The notes: generated from the sequence alone by a model not told the origin. 32,000 nt of DNA from Aliivibrio fischeri ES114 (GCF_000011805.1 NC_006840.2); one strand, 5' to 3'; shown: positions 9,343-17,690, counted from the first letter of the stretch. Numbers and translations are program-made.

Positions 9343-9873
9343 TTACAATATTTTCAATGCTAACTGGGCTAGGTTATACGCATCAACATATCCTGAATGC
9401 TGACGGCCTTCCCATTCGATATTCAATTCTTCCATTGCCCTACGTTGCCCCATTCGTTCATTTTTCTTACGAGAACGAATTCGATAGATAGTGGCAAGAT
9501 TCAAAAACTCATTAAACGGAACTTCAATTCCTTTTGCTTTACATTCCGCTTCAAGGATTTGCTCATCATGTCCCCACGCAGCATAAATTTTATTCGTTCC
9601 GCCAAAGTTTTTAACCATTGATTTCAATACATCAGCTAATGGGCGACCTTGCTTTTCAATTTTACGTGGAGATATACCAGTGAGATCGACACAAAATAGA
9701 GAGATTTCATCTTTCTCTGGTTTTACATAATATTGCGCACGCTTAACAACTTCACCTTTTGTAAGATCAATCTCAGCCAAACCAACCTCAATGATCTCCC
9801 CTGTTCTACCTTTGCCATTTTCATTCCAACAGCACATTTCTAAATCAAAACAGACGATACGATTAAAGTTCAT
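9343..9873 (-). CDS. DEDDh-type 3'-5' exonuclease (ERI-1/KapD-like single-domain)
   Basis: 176 aa. Exo I CFDLEMCC, Exo II AAWGHDEQIL, Exo III HSGYVDAYNLA (H-x4-D). Confidence 0.85.
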   Translation of the reverse strand: MNFNRIVCFDLEMCCWNENGKGRTGEIIEVGLAEIDLTKGEVVKRAQYYVKPEKDEISLFCVDLTGISPRKIEKQGRPLADVLKSMVKNFGGTNKIYAAWGHDEQILEAECKAKGIEVPFNEFLNLATIYRIRSRKKNERMGQRRAMEELNIEWEGRQHSGYVDAYNLAQLALKIL

Positions 9874-9963
9874 GAAGATCCTTGGTACACAATAAAAGGC
9901 GAAGCGCTATTCTACCTAAACTCAGCGCTAAGCGCGACACTATGAGATTTGATTGCTGAAAAT

Positions 9964-11481
9964 TCAGCCTCGAATGGTAACTTGATTACGCCCCATCGTT
10001 TTACTTTGATATAACGCTTGATCAGCAGCCTTCAACAACTCTTCAAGTGTTTCTCCTTGCCAAAGGACAGCACCAAGACTGATTGTTTGAGCAATTTCGA
10101 AATCATTAAACACCGTTGGGGATGTAGCGACGAGATCATGAATTTGTTCTGAAATTAACGTTAATTCATCAATATTGTTCAGTTTCAACACAATAGAGAA
10201 TTCATCTCCTCCAAGACGTGAAACGTGGACATTATTTCCTAATGTTTCAGACATTAGGTGCCCAATATGTCGCAATACTTCATCCCCTTCGGGATGGCCA
10301 TATGTATCGTTGATTTGTTTAAACTTATCGATATCAAAACACAATAAAGCAAACGGCTTTTCAGCTTCTATGTAACGAGTAATAACATCTCGTATAGCAC
10401 GTCTGTTTAATAATCCTGTAAGATCATCATGCATTGCCATGTAACGTAATTCTTTGGTTCTAATTTCGAGTAAATTTTCAATTCGTTGTTTATCTCGAGT
10501 AACAACTGAAGTGAGTGCCGCAATAAGCATTGAAATGGTTAAGATACCGAAAAACAACCAAATCAACGTAAGTCTTTGATATTCATTTAATTTATTATCA
10601 GACTTATATTCTATTTTCCAAAGGCGATTTTCGATTTTTACGCTAGTAGTGTAATCCACTCCTTTGAAATTATTCCACGTACTGCTTTGATACATAATAG
10701 GATCATCACCAGCATCAAATCCCGTATCAATAATGCGTACAACCAACTCTTCACCTAATGAGGTGGAATTAACTAAACGGTCAAAATAACTGGTAATTCT
10801 TACGACACCAACCATTACCCCTTTTAACGCTGTTTTATCTGAAGTAAATACAGGATGATAAACTAGCATGCCTGTTTTTTGTGCGCTTTGATCAAGGCTA
10901 TCTTGCAATAAACGAATTTTATCTGAAACACTCGGGCGGCCCGTAGTTAAAAACTCTTCAACTACGAGGTTAAAACGCTCTCTTGATGAATAAAATCCAA
11001 TTAAAGGCGTGTTCTTCTCATCTCTTGGATAAATATCGGTTGCGATATAAATAGGCTCATGATTTTTCATCACATAACCATAGGTTTTAGGTTGGTCTTT
11101 TGGAACCGTATATAATTTAGCTAAAGGGTAGTTTTTATGTATTTGTTGAAAATGTTCATCAATGTCTTTTTCTTCAACTTTCTCCATCCATTGAAGTGAA
11201 ATAAGACTATTAGAACGATGCAATAATGAATCCGCAAACAAAGGAAACTGAGACCAATCCTTTTTACTGCCAACTTGATAGAAGTTTGCCCCTGCACCTA
11301 TAAAATCAATATCTTTCTCTATTAACATTGAAAGCAGTGCTGACTGTCTATCTGCTTCTTTATAGAAATTCTTTTGATTATTATCCAAATCGGATAGATA
11401 AACGAACCTCATACTTAATAGACCTAGAGATAGAGCTAACAAAAAACTGGTCATTACATAAAAGTAATTACTCTTAAACAC
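9964..11481 (-). CDS. Membrane diguanylate cyclase: TM, periplasmic CHASE-like sensor, TM, GGDEF
   Basis: C-terminal GGDEF domain with an intact RLGGDEFSIV. No RxxD I-site 5 residues upstream. Two hydrophobic segments flank a ~270-aa periplasmic region. The track start at 11493 is TTG; the GTG at 11481 has GGAG 6 nt upstream; the ATG at 11454 is also possible. Confidence 0.85.
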   Translation of the reverse strand: MFKSNYFYVMTSFLLALSLGLLSMRFVYLSDLDNNQKNFYKEADRQSALLSMLIEKDIDFIGAGANFYQVGSKKDWSQFPLFADSLLHRSNSLISLQWMEKVEEKDIDEHFQQIHKNYPLAKLYTVPKDQPKTYGYVMKNHEPIYIATDIYPRDEKNTPLIGFYSSRERFNLVVEEFLTTGRPSVSDKIRLLQDSLDQSAQKTGMLVYHPVFTSDKTALKGVMVGVVRITSYFDRLVNSTSLGEELVVRIIDTGFDAGDDPIMYQSSTWNNFKGVDYTTSVKIENRLWKIEYKSDNKLNEYQRLTLIWLFFGILTISMLIAALTSVVTRDKQRIENLLEIRTKELRYMAMHDDLTGLLNRRAIRDVITRYIEAEKPFALLCFDIDKFKQINDTYGHPEGDEVLRHIGHLMSETLGNNVHVSRLGGDEFSIVLKLNNIDELTLISEQIHDLVATSPTVFNDFEIAQTISLGAVLWQGETLEELLKAADQALYQSKTMGRNQVTIRG

Positions 11482-11648
11482 TCTGCTCTCCAACGGTTGA
11501 TAACCCTTTAATTCTAATAAAATTTTGAAATTTTCGAAACCAAAAGCCTATATTTAATTTTTATTACTCAGATTTGATTCATTCTGTTCAAAATTACATC
11601 ATTCAGCATATATAAGTCGCTTTGATTGCCCTTCTTTTTATCTCTTAT

Positions 11649-11680
11649 CCCTTGAATATGCTACTATTAGCCACAATTTA
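11649..11680 (+). promoter_or_regulatory. Sigma-32 (heat-shock)-like promoter candidate for the DUF2760/Hsp70 operon
   Basis: CCCTTGAA (11649-11656), 14 nt, then CCACAATTTA (11671-11680). Compare the E. coli RpoH consensus CCCTTGAA-N13-15-CCCCATNTA: -35 exact, -10 has 2-3 mismatches. Lies 48 nt upstream of the ATG. Confidence 0.35.
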
Positions 11681-11727
11681 GTTAGAAACGTTTGGTGCTA
11701 AGCACCCTAGAATATAGAGAATGAATT

Positions 11728-12360
11728 ATGAATTTTGACTTGAATGCTATTCCTTCTACCTTTGATTTAGGACACATTGTCCTGTTCGGTACATCTGCTC
11801 TATTTGCATTATTGTACATAACGAAGAAAGGTAAAGCGGTAGAGATCGAAAAAACGGTTGAAGTCGAAAAAATCGTCGAAGTTGAGAAACCTGTAGAAAA
11901 AATCGTCGAAATCGAAAAAGTTGTTGAAGTTGAAAAGATCATTGAGAAAATCATCGAAGTTGAACCAAAAGTAAAAGCATCAACGCCTGAATCTGCTTTA
12001 CAACTATTAGCTTTATTACAAAAAGAAGCACGTTTTATTGACTTTATGCAAGAAGACCTAAAAGGCTTCGCAGATGCAGAAGTTGGCGCTGCAGCTCGTG
12101 TTATTCATGAAGGCGGTCAGAAAGTATTATCTGACTACTTTACTCTTACTCCAGTTCGTACAGAGGAAGAAGAGTCTCGTTTATCTATTCCTGCTGGTTT
12201 TAACCCATCGGAAATTCGTCTAACGGGTAATGTTGTTGGTGAAGCACCATTTAATGGCACATTAATTCACCGTGGTTGGAAAGTAGCAGAAGTGAAGCTA
12301 CCAAAGCTGGCTGAAGGTTATGACGCAACAATCGTTGCTCCAGCAGAGGTTGAACTGTAA
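11728..12360 (+). CDS. DUF2760 family protein: N-terminal TM anchor, VE[VI]EKx repeat linker, conserved C-terminal domain
   Basis: 210 aa. TM segment LGHIVLFGTSALFALLYIT. Repeat at residues 38-80. C-terminal ALQLLALLQKEARFIDF...TLIHRGWKV matches my memory of DUF2760 (PF10816). The stop overlaps the next ATG (TAATG). Confidence 0.85.
   Translation: MNFDLNAIPSTFDLGHIVLFGTSALFALLYITKKGKAVEIEKTVEVEKIVEVEKPVEKIVEIEKVVEVEKIIEKIIEVEPKVKASTPESALQLLALLQKEARFIDFMQEDLKGFADAEVGAAARVIHEGGQKVLSDYFTLTPVRTEEEESRLSIPAGFNPSEIRLTGNVVGEAPFNGTLIHRGWKVAEVKLPKLAEGYDATIVAPAEVEL
11839..11967 (+). repeat. In-frame 18-nt (occasionally 12-nt) tandem repeat encoding VEIEKT VEVEKI VEVEKP VEKI VEIEKV VEVEKI IEKI IEVEP
   Basis: Read directly: GTNGAARTNGARAAANNN units repeated about 8 times inside the DUF2760 gene. 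Confidence 0.9.
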
Positions 12361-14180
12361 TGGAACAAGCTAAATACAGCATTGGTATCGATTTAGGTAC
12401 AACTCACTGTGTACTTTCATACGTTGATTTACATGATGAAGACGCAAGCGTTCAAGTAATGCCAATCCCTCAACTCACCGCTCCAGGTCAAGTTGAAGAG
12501 AAATCGCAGCTGCCTTCTTTCATGTATCAAGCACATGAAGCTGAACTATTAGAAGGTGATACAAGCCTTCCTTGGACAACCAAGCCAAACGCAATTGTTG
12601 GTAGTATTGCCCGCAACCTTGGTAGTAAAACGCCAATTCGTTTGATTGCAAGTGCGAAAAGCTGGTTATGTCACGGTGGCGTAAACCGTCGTGAAGCATT
12701 CTTACCACTAAACAGCCCAGAAGAAGTGATCAAAGCATCGCCTCTTGAAGTAACAAAACGTTATTTAGAGCATTTACAAAACGCTTGGGATCACCAAAAT
12801 CCAGAGCACCCTCTAAATGAACAAGACATTACAATTACGGTACCTGCATCATTTGACCCTGCTGCTCGTGATTTAACAGCAGAAGCGGCAAATAATCTTG
12901 GTTTCCGTAACTTAACGCTTTTAGAAGAACCACAAGCAGCAGTATACAGCTGGATCAAAAATAACGATGATTCATGGCGTGACCAAGTATCGGTTGGTGA
13001 TGTTATTTTAGTTGTTGATATTGGTGGTGGTACAACGGATTTATCATTAGTTGCTGTTACTGAAGAAGAAGGTAATTTAAGCCTAAACCGTGTTGCGGTA
13101 GGCGACCATATTCTTCTTGGTGGTGACAACATGGATTTAGCCCTAGCTTATCGCTTAAAAATGAAGCTAGCGCAAGAAGGTAAGCAGTTACAACCTTGGC
13201 AAATTCAAGTGATGACACACGCTTGTCGTGATGCAAAAGAAGCACTATTAAATGACTCAGAATTACGAGCAGTACCGATTGTGGTTCCTAGCCGTGGTTC
13301 TAAATTGTTAGGTGGCACGCTACAAACGGAATTAACTCAAGAAGAAGTACAACAAACATTAGTTGAAGGCTTCTTCCCTGTAGTTCCTGTGACTGAGCAC
13401 CCAGTTCAATCTGCACGTGGTGCATTAACTCAAATGGGTCTTCCTTATGCACAAGATGCAGCGGTAACTCGTCACCTTGCTAGCTTCTTAACTCGTCAAC
13501 AAGCAGCAACTGATGAAGTATTTGGTCAGCAAAACGAATCTGATTTTATTAAACCAACAGCCATTCTTTTAAATGGTGGTGTTCTAAAATCAAACCTACT
13601 TGCAGAACGTCTACTTGGTATTATTAATCAGTGGTTAATCGATGGCGAAGCGGAAGATGCAAAACTTCTTGAAGGTCTTGACCTTGATTTAGCTGTTGCG
13701 GCTGGTGCTTCTTACTACGGCTCTGTTCGTACCGGTAAAGGTGTTCGTATCCGTGGTGGTATTGCATCAAGCTACTATGTTGGTATCGAAAGCTCTATGC
13801 CTGCGATTCCTGGAATGGAACCACCAATGGAAGCATTATGTGTTGCTCCATTTGGTATGGAAGAAGGCTCGCACGCCGATGTACCTAGCCAACAATTTGG
13901 TTTGGTGATTGGCCAACCGGTGCAATTTAAGTTCTATGGTTCAACGACTCGTCGTGATGACCAAGCCGGTACACATTTGGATTTCTGGATGCCTGAAGAG
14001 CTAGAAGAATTACCTACAATTCAAGTAACTCTACCTGTAACGGAAGGACGTACCGCAGGTGAAGTGGTTCCTGTTCGTTTAGCGTCTAAAGTAACAGAGC
14101 TTGGTACTCTATATCTTGAAGCGATTGCTGCAGATAGTGGTGAGAAATGGCACGTTGAGTTTGATGTTCGTGAAGCGTAA
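12360..14180 (+). CDS. Non-canonical Hsp70-family ATPase (606 aa): NBD plus beta-rich C-terminal domain, no helical lid
   Basis: IGIDLGTTHCV, ITVPASFD, LLEEPQAAVY, VVDIGGGTTDLSLV, GDHILLGGDNMDLALA, LLNGGVLKS, DLAVAAGASYYG. Ends KWHVEFDVREA. ATG overlaps the upstream TAA. Confidence 0.9.
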   Translation: MEQAKYSIGIDLGTTHCVLSYVDLHDEDASVQVMPIPQLTAPGQVEEKSQLPSFMYQAHEAELLEGDTSLPWTTKPNAIVGSIARNLGSKTPIRLIASAKSWLCHGGVNRREAFLPLNSPEEVIKASPLEVTKRYLEHLQNAWDHQNPEHPLNEQDITITVPASFDPAARDLTAEAANNLGFRNLTLLEEPQAAVYSWIKNNDDSWRDQVSVGDVILVVDIGGGTTDLSLVAVTEEEGNLSLNRVAVGDHILLGGDNMDLALAYRLKMKLAQEGKQLQPWQIQVMTHACRDAKEALLNDSELRAVPIVVPSRGSKLLGGTLQTELTQEEVQQTLVEGFFPVVPVTEHPVQSARGALTQMGLPYAQDAAVTRHLASFLTRQQAATDEVFGQQNESDFIKPTAILLNGGVLKSNLLAERLLGIINQWLIDGEAEDAKLLEGLDLDLAVAAGASYYGSVRTGKGVRIRGGIASSYYVGIESSMPAIPGMEPPMEALCVAPFGMEEGSHADVPSQQFGLVIGQPVQFKFYGSTTRRDDQAGTHLDFWMPEELEELPTIQVTLPVTEGRTAGEVVPVRLASKVTELGTLYLEAIAADSGEKWHVEFDVREA

Positions 14181-14213
14181 TTTGGATATTATTCTTCGCT
14201 AGTTACGTATCTT

Positions 14214-14252
14214 AAGAGTTCAGTCACCGTTATGGAGTCTGAACTCTTTTAC
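14214..14252 (+). terminator. Intergenic hairpin plus short T-run between the two Hsp70 paralogues (partial terminator/attenuator candidate)
   Basis: AAGAGTTCAG (14214-14223), 15-nt loop, CTGAACTCTT (14239-14248), then TTTACT. Confidence 0.45.
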
Positions 14253-14368
14253 TATATATCCTTTGTATTTTTGCTGTTGCCTTCTTATACCAATGTAACT
14301 AATTAGATGTTCATTATTAATATTGATATTACTAACAGCTACAAGACTAACATTACGTCGGGGTTTTT

Positions 14369-17185
14369 ATGAGTTCTTCTAATCGCTATTTAATTGGTAT
14401 CGATCTTGGTACTACTCACACCGTTGTTGCTTATACTGATATTTCTCTTGGTATTGAAACTAGCCCAATTGAAATCTTCAATATCGACCAATTAATTGGA
14501 CCGGGTGAAGTGGCTCGTAAACCCCTACTTCCATCATTTCGTTACCATGCATCACAAAGTCAAATCACTGAAAATGATCTGACACTGCCTTGGAATGTAA
14601 AAGCAATTGAAGGTGAGATAAAGAACGCCATTATTGGTGAGTGGGCTCGTGAATTAGGGTCAAAAGTAGAAGGTCGCCAAGTCGTAAGTGCTAAGAGTTG
14701 GTTATCTCATACTAAAGTTGATCGCACCTCCAATATTCTTCCTTGGGCTGGCGCTGATGATGTCGAAAAAGTCTCACCTATTGTTGCCAGTGCTAGTTAT
14801 TTAAACCATGTACGCCAATCGTGGAATTACCACCACCCAGATGCCCCAATGGAGCTTCAGGAAGTGGTTGTTACCGTACCGGCATCTTTTGATGAAAGTG
14901 CACGCTCATTTACGATTGAGGCTGCAAAACTGGCAGGCCTTGATAAAATCATCCTATTAGAAGAGCCACAAGCGGTGTGTTACGACTGGTATCATCATCA
15001 TCAAGATACGGCAAAAGAGATTTTAAAAACCATCCCACTAATGGTGGTATGCGATGTTGGCGGTGGTACAACCGATTTAAGCTTAATTCAAGCGCGTTTT
15101 AATAAAGACGAATTAGCACTTGATCGCATTGGCGTGGGCGATCACTTAATGCTAGGTGGCGATAACATTGATTTAGCGCTAGCACATTTAGCTGAACAGC
15201 GCTTAGATAGCGGTAAAAAAATGACGGCAGCCGCGTTAACCAAGCTTATTCAACAAACACGTAAAACAAAAGAGCGTTTGTTATCTGCTAATGCTCCCGA
15301 ATCAGGCCACATTACCCTACTTGGATCTGGTTCTAAATTATTAGGTGGCAGTCGTAAAGTCGAGTTGACCAAAGAAGAAGTTCATCAAATTGCACTGGAT
15401 GGATTCTTACCACTGACTGACTTTAATGACCGTCCAAATCAACGTCAAACTGCTGTTGTTGAATTTGGCTTACCTTACGCTTCAGATCCTGCTATCAGTA
15501 AACACTTAGCTCAGTTCTTAGATAATCATAAAGAAGTATCAGCAAAAGCATTAGGTTGGGATGATGCTGAATTGGCTAATCACGAGGACCGTGCAATACC
15601 TGTAGGTTTGCTGCTTAATGGCGGTGTTTTTAATAGCCCATTATTGGCTGAACGTTCTCTTCAACTACTTAACAACTGGAAAGGTGACACTGTCACTCAA
15701 CTATCAAACCCTCATCCAGATCTAGCGGTTGCTTATGGCGCAGTTGCTTATGGCAAGGCACGTCATGGTGCACAATTAAAGATCGGTGGAGGCTCCGCTC
15801 GTTCATTCTATTTACAGCTAGAAGAGAAAAACAAACAACCTCAAGGTCTGTGTTTATTGGCTAAAGGCAGTGAGGAAGGTGAAGAGATCCGCATGACGAG
15901 TCGTCGTTTCTCGTTAACCTTGGGAGAACCTGTTCGTTTTAATCTACTTTCTACAACAAAAGATCAACTTGCAACCTCGGGTATGATCACTGAATTAGCT
16001 GATTCTAGCTTTGTTAGCCTACCTCCTTATGTGGTAACACTAGAATCTAGTAAATCAAAAGATGAACTGCATGCAAACCAAAAAGATCGCGTTGAAGTAA
16101 CCTTAGCTTGCCAATTTACAGAAGTCGGCACCATTAAAATTGAATGTGTTTCTGTTGAGGACGATTCACAGCGTTGGTTGGTTGAATTTGAAGTACGTAA
16201 TCAGGCGTCTAATAAAAGCGCTAACCTTGCGGATCAAGTTAGCCTTCCCCCTCGCCTACCTAATGCTATAGCAAGCATTAAAGAGGCTTATGGTGGCAGC
16301 AAACAAAATCCAAATGCCATCAAAGCTTTTAATAAAAATATTGAAAAGCTAATTGGTAAGCGTGAATCATGGGATCTTATTACGTCTCGTGAACTTGCAA
16401 CAGCATTACTTGATAGTAAAAAACGTCGTCGTCGCTCTGACAAACACGAACAAAATTGGTTAAAAATGACGGGGTTCGCTTTACGCCCCGGTTTTGGCTA
16501 CCCTGCTGATGAATGGAAGATATCTCAAGCATGGGAAACCTATCAACAAGGTATTCAATTTGAATCGAAACAATCTTGGAACGATTGGTGGACATTCTGG
16601 CGTCGGATCTCTGGTGGTTTAAATCAAGAGCAACAAGAAACCATTTTAGCTGATATGGCGAAATACCTGCATCCTGGTTCTTTACGTAACCCAAAAACAT
16701 TAGAAGAAGCCAGTAACAAAAGTTATGAAGCTATGGTACGACTTGCCGCAGCACTCGAACATTTGGACGTAGAAGATAAAATGCTGATTGCATCTTGGGT
16801 ATTAGGTCATGCTAAAAATGGAAATCAACCGCAAGTACATTGGTGGGCATTAGGCCGAATTTGTTCACGTTCACCATTCTATGGAAGCCAGCATAATTTA
16901 GTTCCACCAAGCCAAATATCTCAATGGCTACCAACATTATTAGAGCAAGATTGGAAAGAACAGCCCATGGCTGGTTTTGCCGCAGTAATGATGGCTCGCT
17001 TAACCGGTGATAGAACCCTTGATGTTTCAGATGAATATCGAGAAAAAATCATCGAAAAATTGAAAAAAGATCGCTGCCCACAAAGCTGGATTGAATTAGT
17101 ATCAAGCCAACAAGCATTAACAGAAGCAGACTCTAAACGCTTATTTGGTGACGCATTACCCGCAGGCTTACGTTTAATTAATTAG
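14369..17185 (+). CDS. Non-canonical Hsp70-family ATPase, long form (938 aa): NBD, beta-rich domain, ~330-aa Trp-rich helical C-terminal extension
   Basis: IGIDLGTTHTV, VTVPASFD, LLEEPQAVCY, VCDVGGGTTDLSLI, GDHLMLGGDNIDLALA, LLLNGGVFNS, DLAVAYGAVAYG. The beta domain ends RWLVEFEVRN. Then KKRRRRSDKHEQNWLKMTGFALRPGFGYPADEW... to the end. Confidence 0.9.
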   Translation: MSSSNRYLIGIDLGTTHTVVAYTDISLGIETSPIEIFNIDQLIGPGEVARKPLLPSFRYHASQSQITENDLTLPWNVKAIEGEIKNAIIGEWARELGSKVEGRQVVSAKSWLSHTKVDRTSNILPWAGADDVEKVSPIVASASYLNHVRQSWNYHHPDAPMELQEVVVTVPASFDESARSFTIEAAKLAGLDKIILLEEPQAVCYDWYHHHQDTAKEILKTIPLMVVCDVGGGTTDLSLIQARFNKDELALDRIGVGDHLMLGGDNIDLALAHLAEQRLDSGKKMTAAALTKLIQQTRKTKERLLSANAPESGHITLLGSGSKLLGGSRKVELTKEEVHQIALDGFLPLTDFNDRPNQRQTAVVEFGLPYASDPAISKHLAQFLDNHKEVSAKALGWDDAELANHEDRAIPVGLLLNGGVFNSPLLAERSLQLLNNWKGDTVTQLSNPHPDLAVAYGAVAYGKARHGAQLKIGGGSARSFYLQLEEKNKQPQGLCLLAKGSEEGEEIRMTSRRFSLTLGEPVRFNLLSTTKDQLATSGMITELADSSFVSLPPYVVTLESSKSKDELHANQKDRVEVTLACQFTEVGTIKIECVSVEDDSQRWLVEFEVRNQASNKSANLADQVSLPPRLPNAIASIKEAYGGSKQNPNAIKAFNKNIEKLIGKRESWDLITSRELATALLDSKKRRRRSDKHEQNWLKMTGFALRPGFGYPADEWKISQAWETYQQGIQFESKQSWNDWWTFWRRISGGLNQEQQETILADMAKYLHPGSLRNPKTLEEASNKSYEAMVRLAAALEHLDVEDKMLIASWVLGHAKNGNQPQVHWWALGRICSRSPFYGSQHNLVPPSQISQWLPTLLEQDWKEQPMAGFAAVMMARLTGDRTLDVSDEYREKIIEKLKKDRCPQSWIELVSSQQALTEADSKRLFGDALPAGLRLIN

Positions 17186-17345
17186 ACAGATTCTCATTAA
17201 TGCTTTAATTAGTTATATGAGAAATGAATATCTCTGATGAAAAATTGCGCACCTCTGTCAAAGGTGTGCAAACAACATCTTATTCGTCTTCTAATTGTAT
17301 TTGATTCAAGTATACTGAAATCATCACATTTTAAAGGTAACTTTT

Positions 17346-17648
17346 ATGATTGAAAGCGCCACGTTGGCGATCATAGTGTTACTTTATTTTGTTGGTTGGT
17401 CCCGTTTCGGTACTCGAGAATTACGCAATGCAGCTAAGAGGATGAGTGATATCGCCTCTGTTCCACAAGAGCTGATTATTGAATGGATTATGTATAATAA
17501 ACAGATATTGGATATCAATGAGTTTCAACGTTTTATCATCCATTTAAATAAAGCCGACACCGAAAACTTAAAGCATGAACTAGATAGCTTTTCTCATTAT
17601 CTTGAAATTCACGCTCCCGAACACATAATTTCAATTAATCGGGTATGA
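17346..17648 (+). CDS. Hypothetical small protein with one N-terminal TM helix
   Basis: 100-aa ORF. AAAGGT 8 nt upstream of the ATG, hydrophobic ATLAIIVLLYFVGW, strong terminator directly downstream. No family recognised. Confidence 0.55.
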   Translation: MIESATLAIIVLLYFVGWSRFGTRELRNAAKRMSDIASVPQELIIEWIMYNKQILDINEFQRFIIHLNKADTENLKHELDSFSHYLEIHAPEHIISINRV

Positions 17649-17653
17649 CATAT

Positions 17654-17690
17654 AAAAAAGCTCATTGCTTTCACAATGAGCTTTTCTTTT
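17654..17690. terminator. Bidirectional rho-independent terminator
   Basis: AAAAGCTCATTG (17656-17667), 6-nt loop, CAATGAGCTTTT (17674-17685), then TCTTTT. Confidence 0.85.

Noticed and set aside
11682-11954. 90-aa minus-strand ORF with an STIFSTS-type repeat
   Set aside because: It is the mirror image of the in-frame VEVEK coding repeat of the DUF2760 gene. It starts inside that gene and runs back across the DUF2760 start codon into the leader. The repeat periodicity is explained by the plus-strand protein.
11839-11967. Periodic repeat considered as a CRISPR array or non-coding tandem repeat
   Set aside because: The period is 18/12 nt with no spacers. It is entirely in frame within a CDS and encodes a regular peptide repeat. 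No CRISPR-like 24-48-nt repeat/spacer structure exists anywhere in the window.
12520-13908. Small ORFs 12520-12708(-), 12791-13132(-), 13057-13245(-), 13696-13908(+), and 16380-16700(-) inside the Hsp70-like genes
   Set aside because: They are embedded in genes whose Hsp70 motifs are unambiguous. There are no independent expression signals.
15713-15721. HPD tripeptide in the 938-aa protein considered as a J-domain signature
   Set aside because: It occurs in NPHPDLAVAYGA, the position equivalent to DnaK NPDEAVAIGAA within the nucleotide-binding domain, not in a four-helix J-domain context. It is coincidental.
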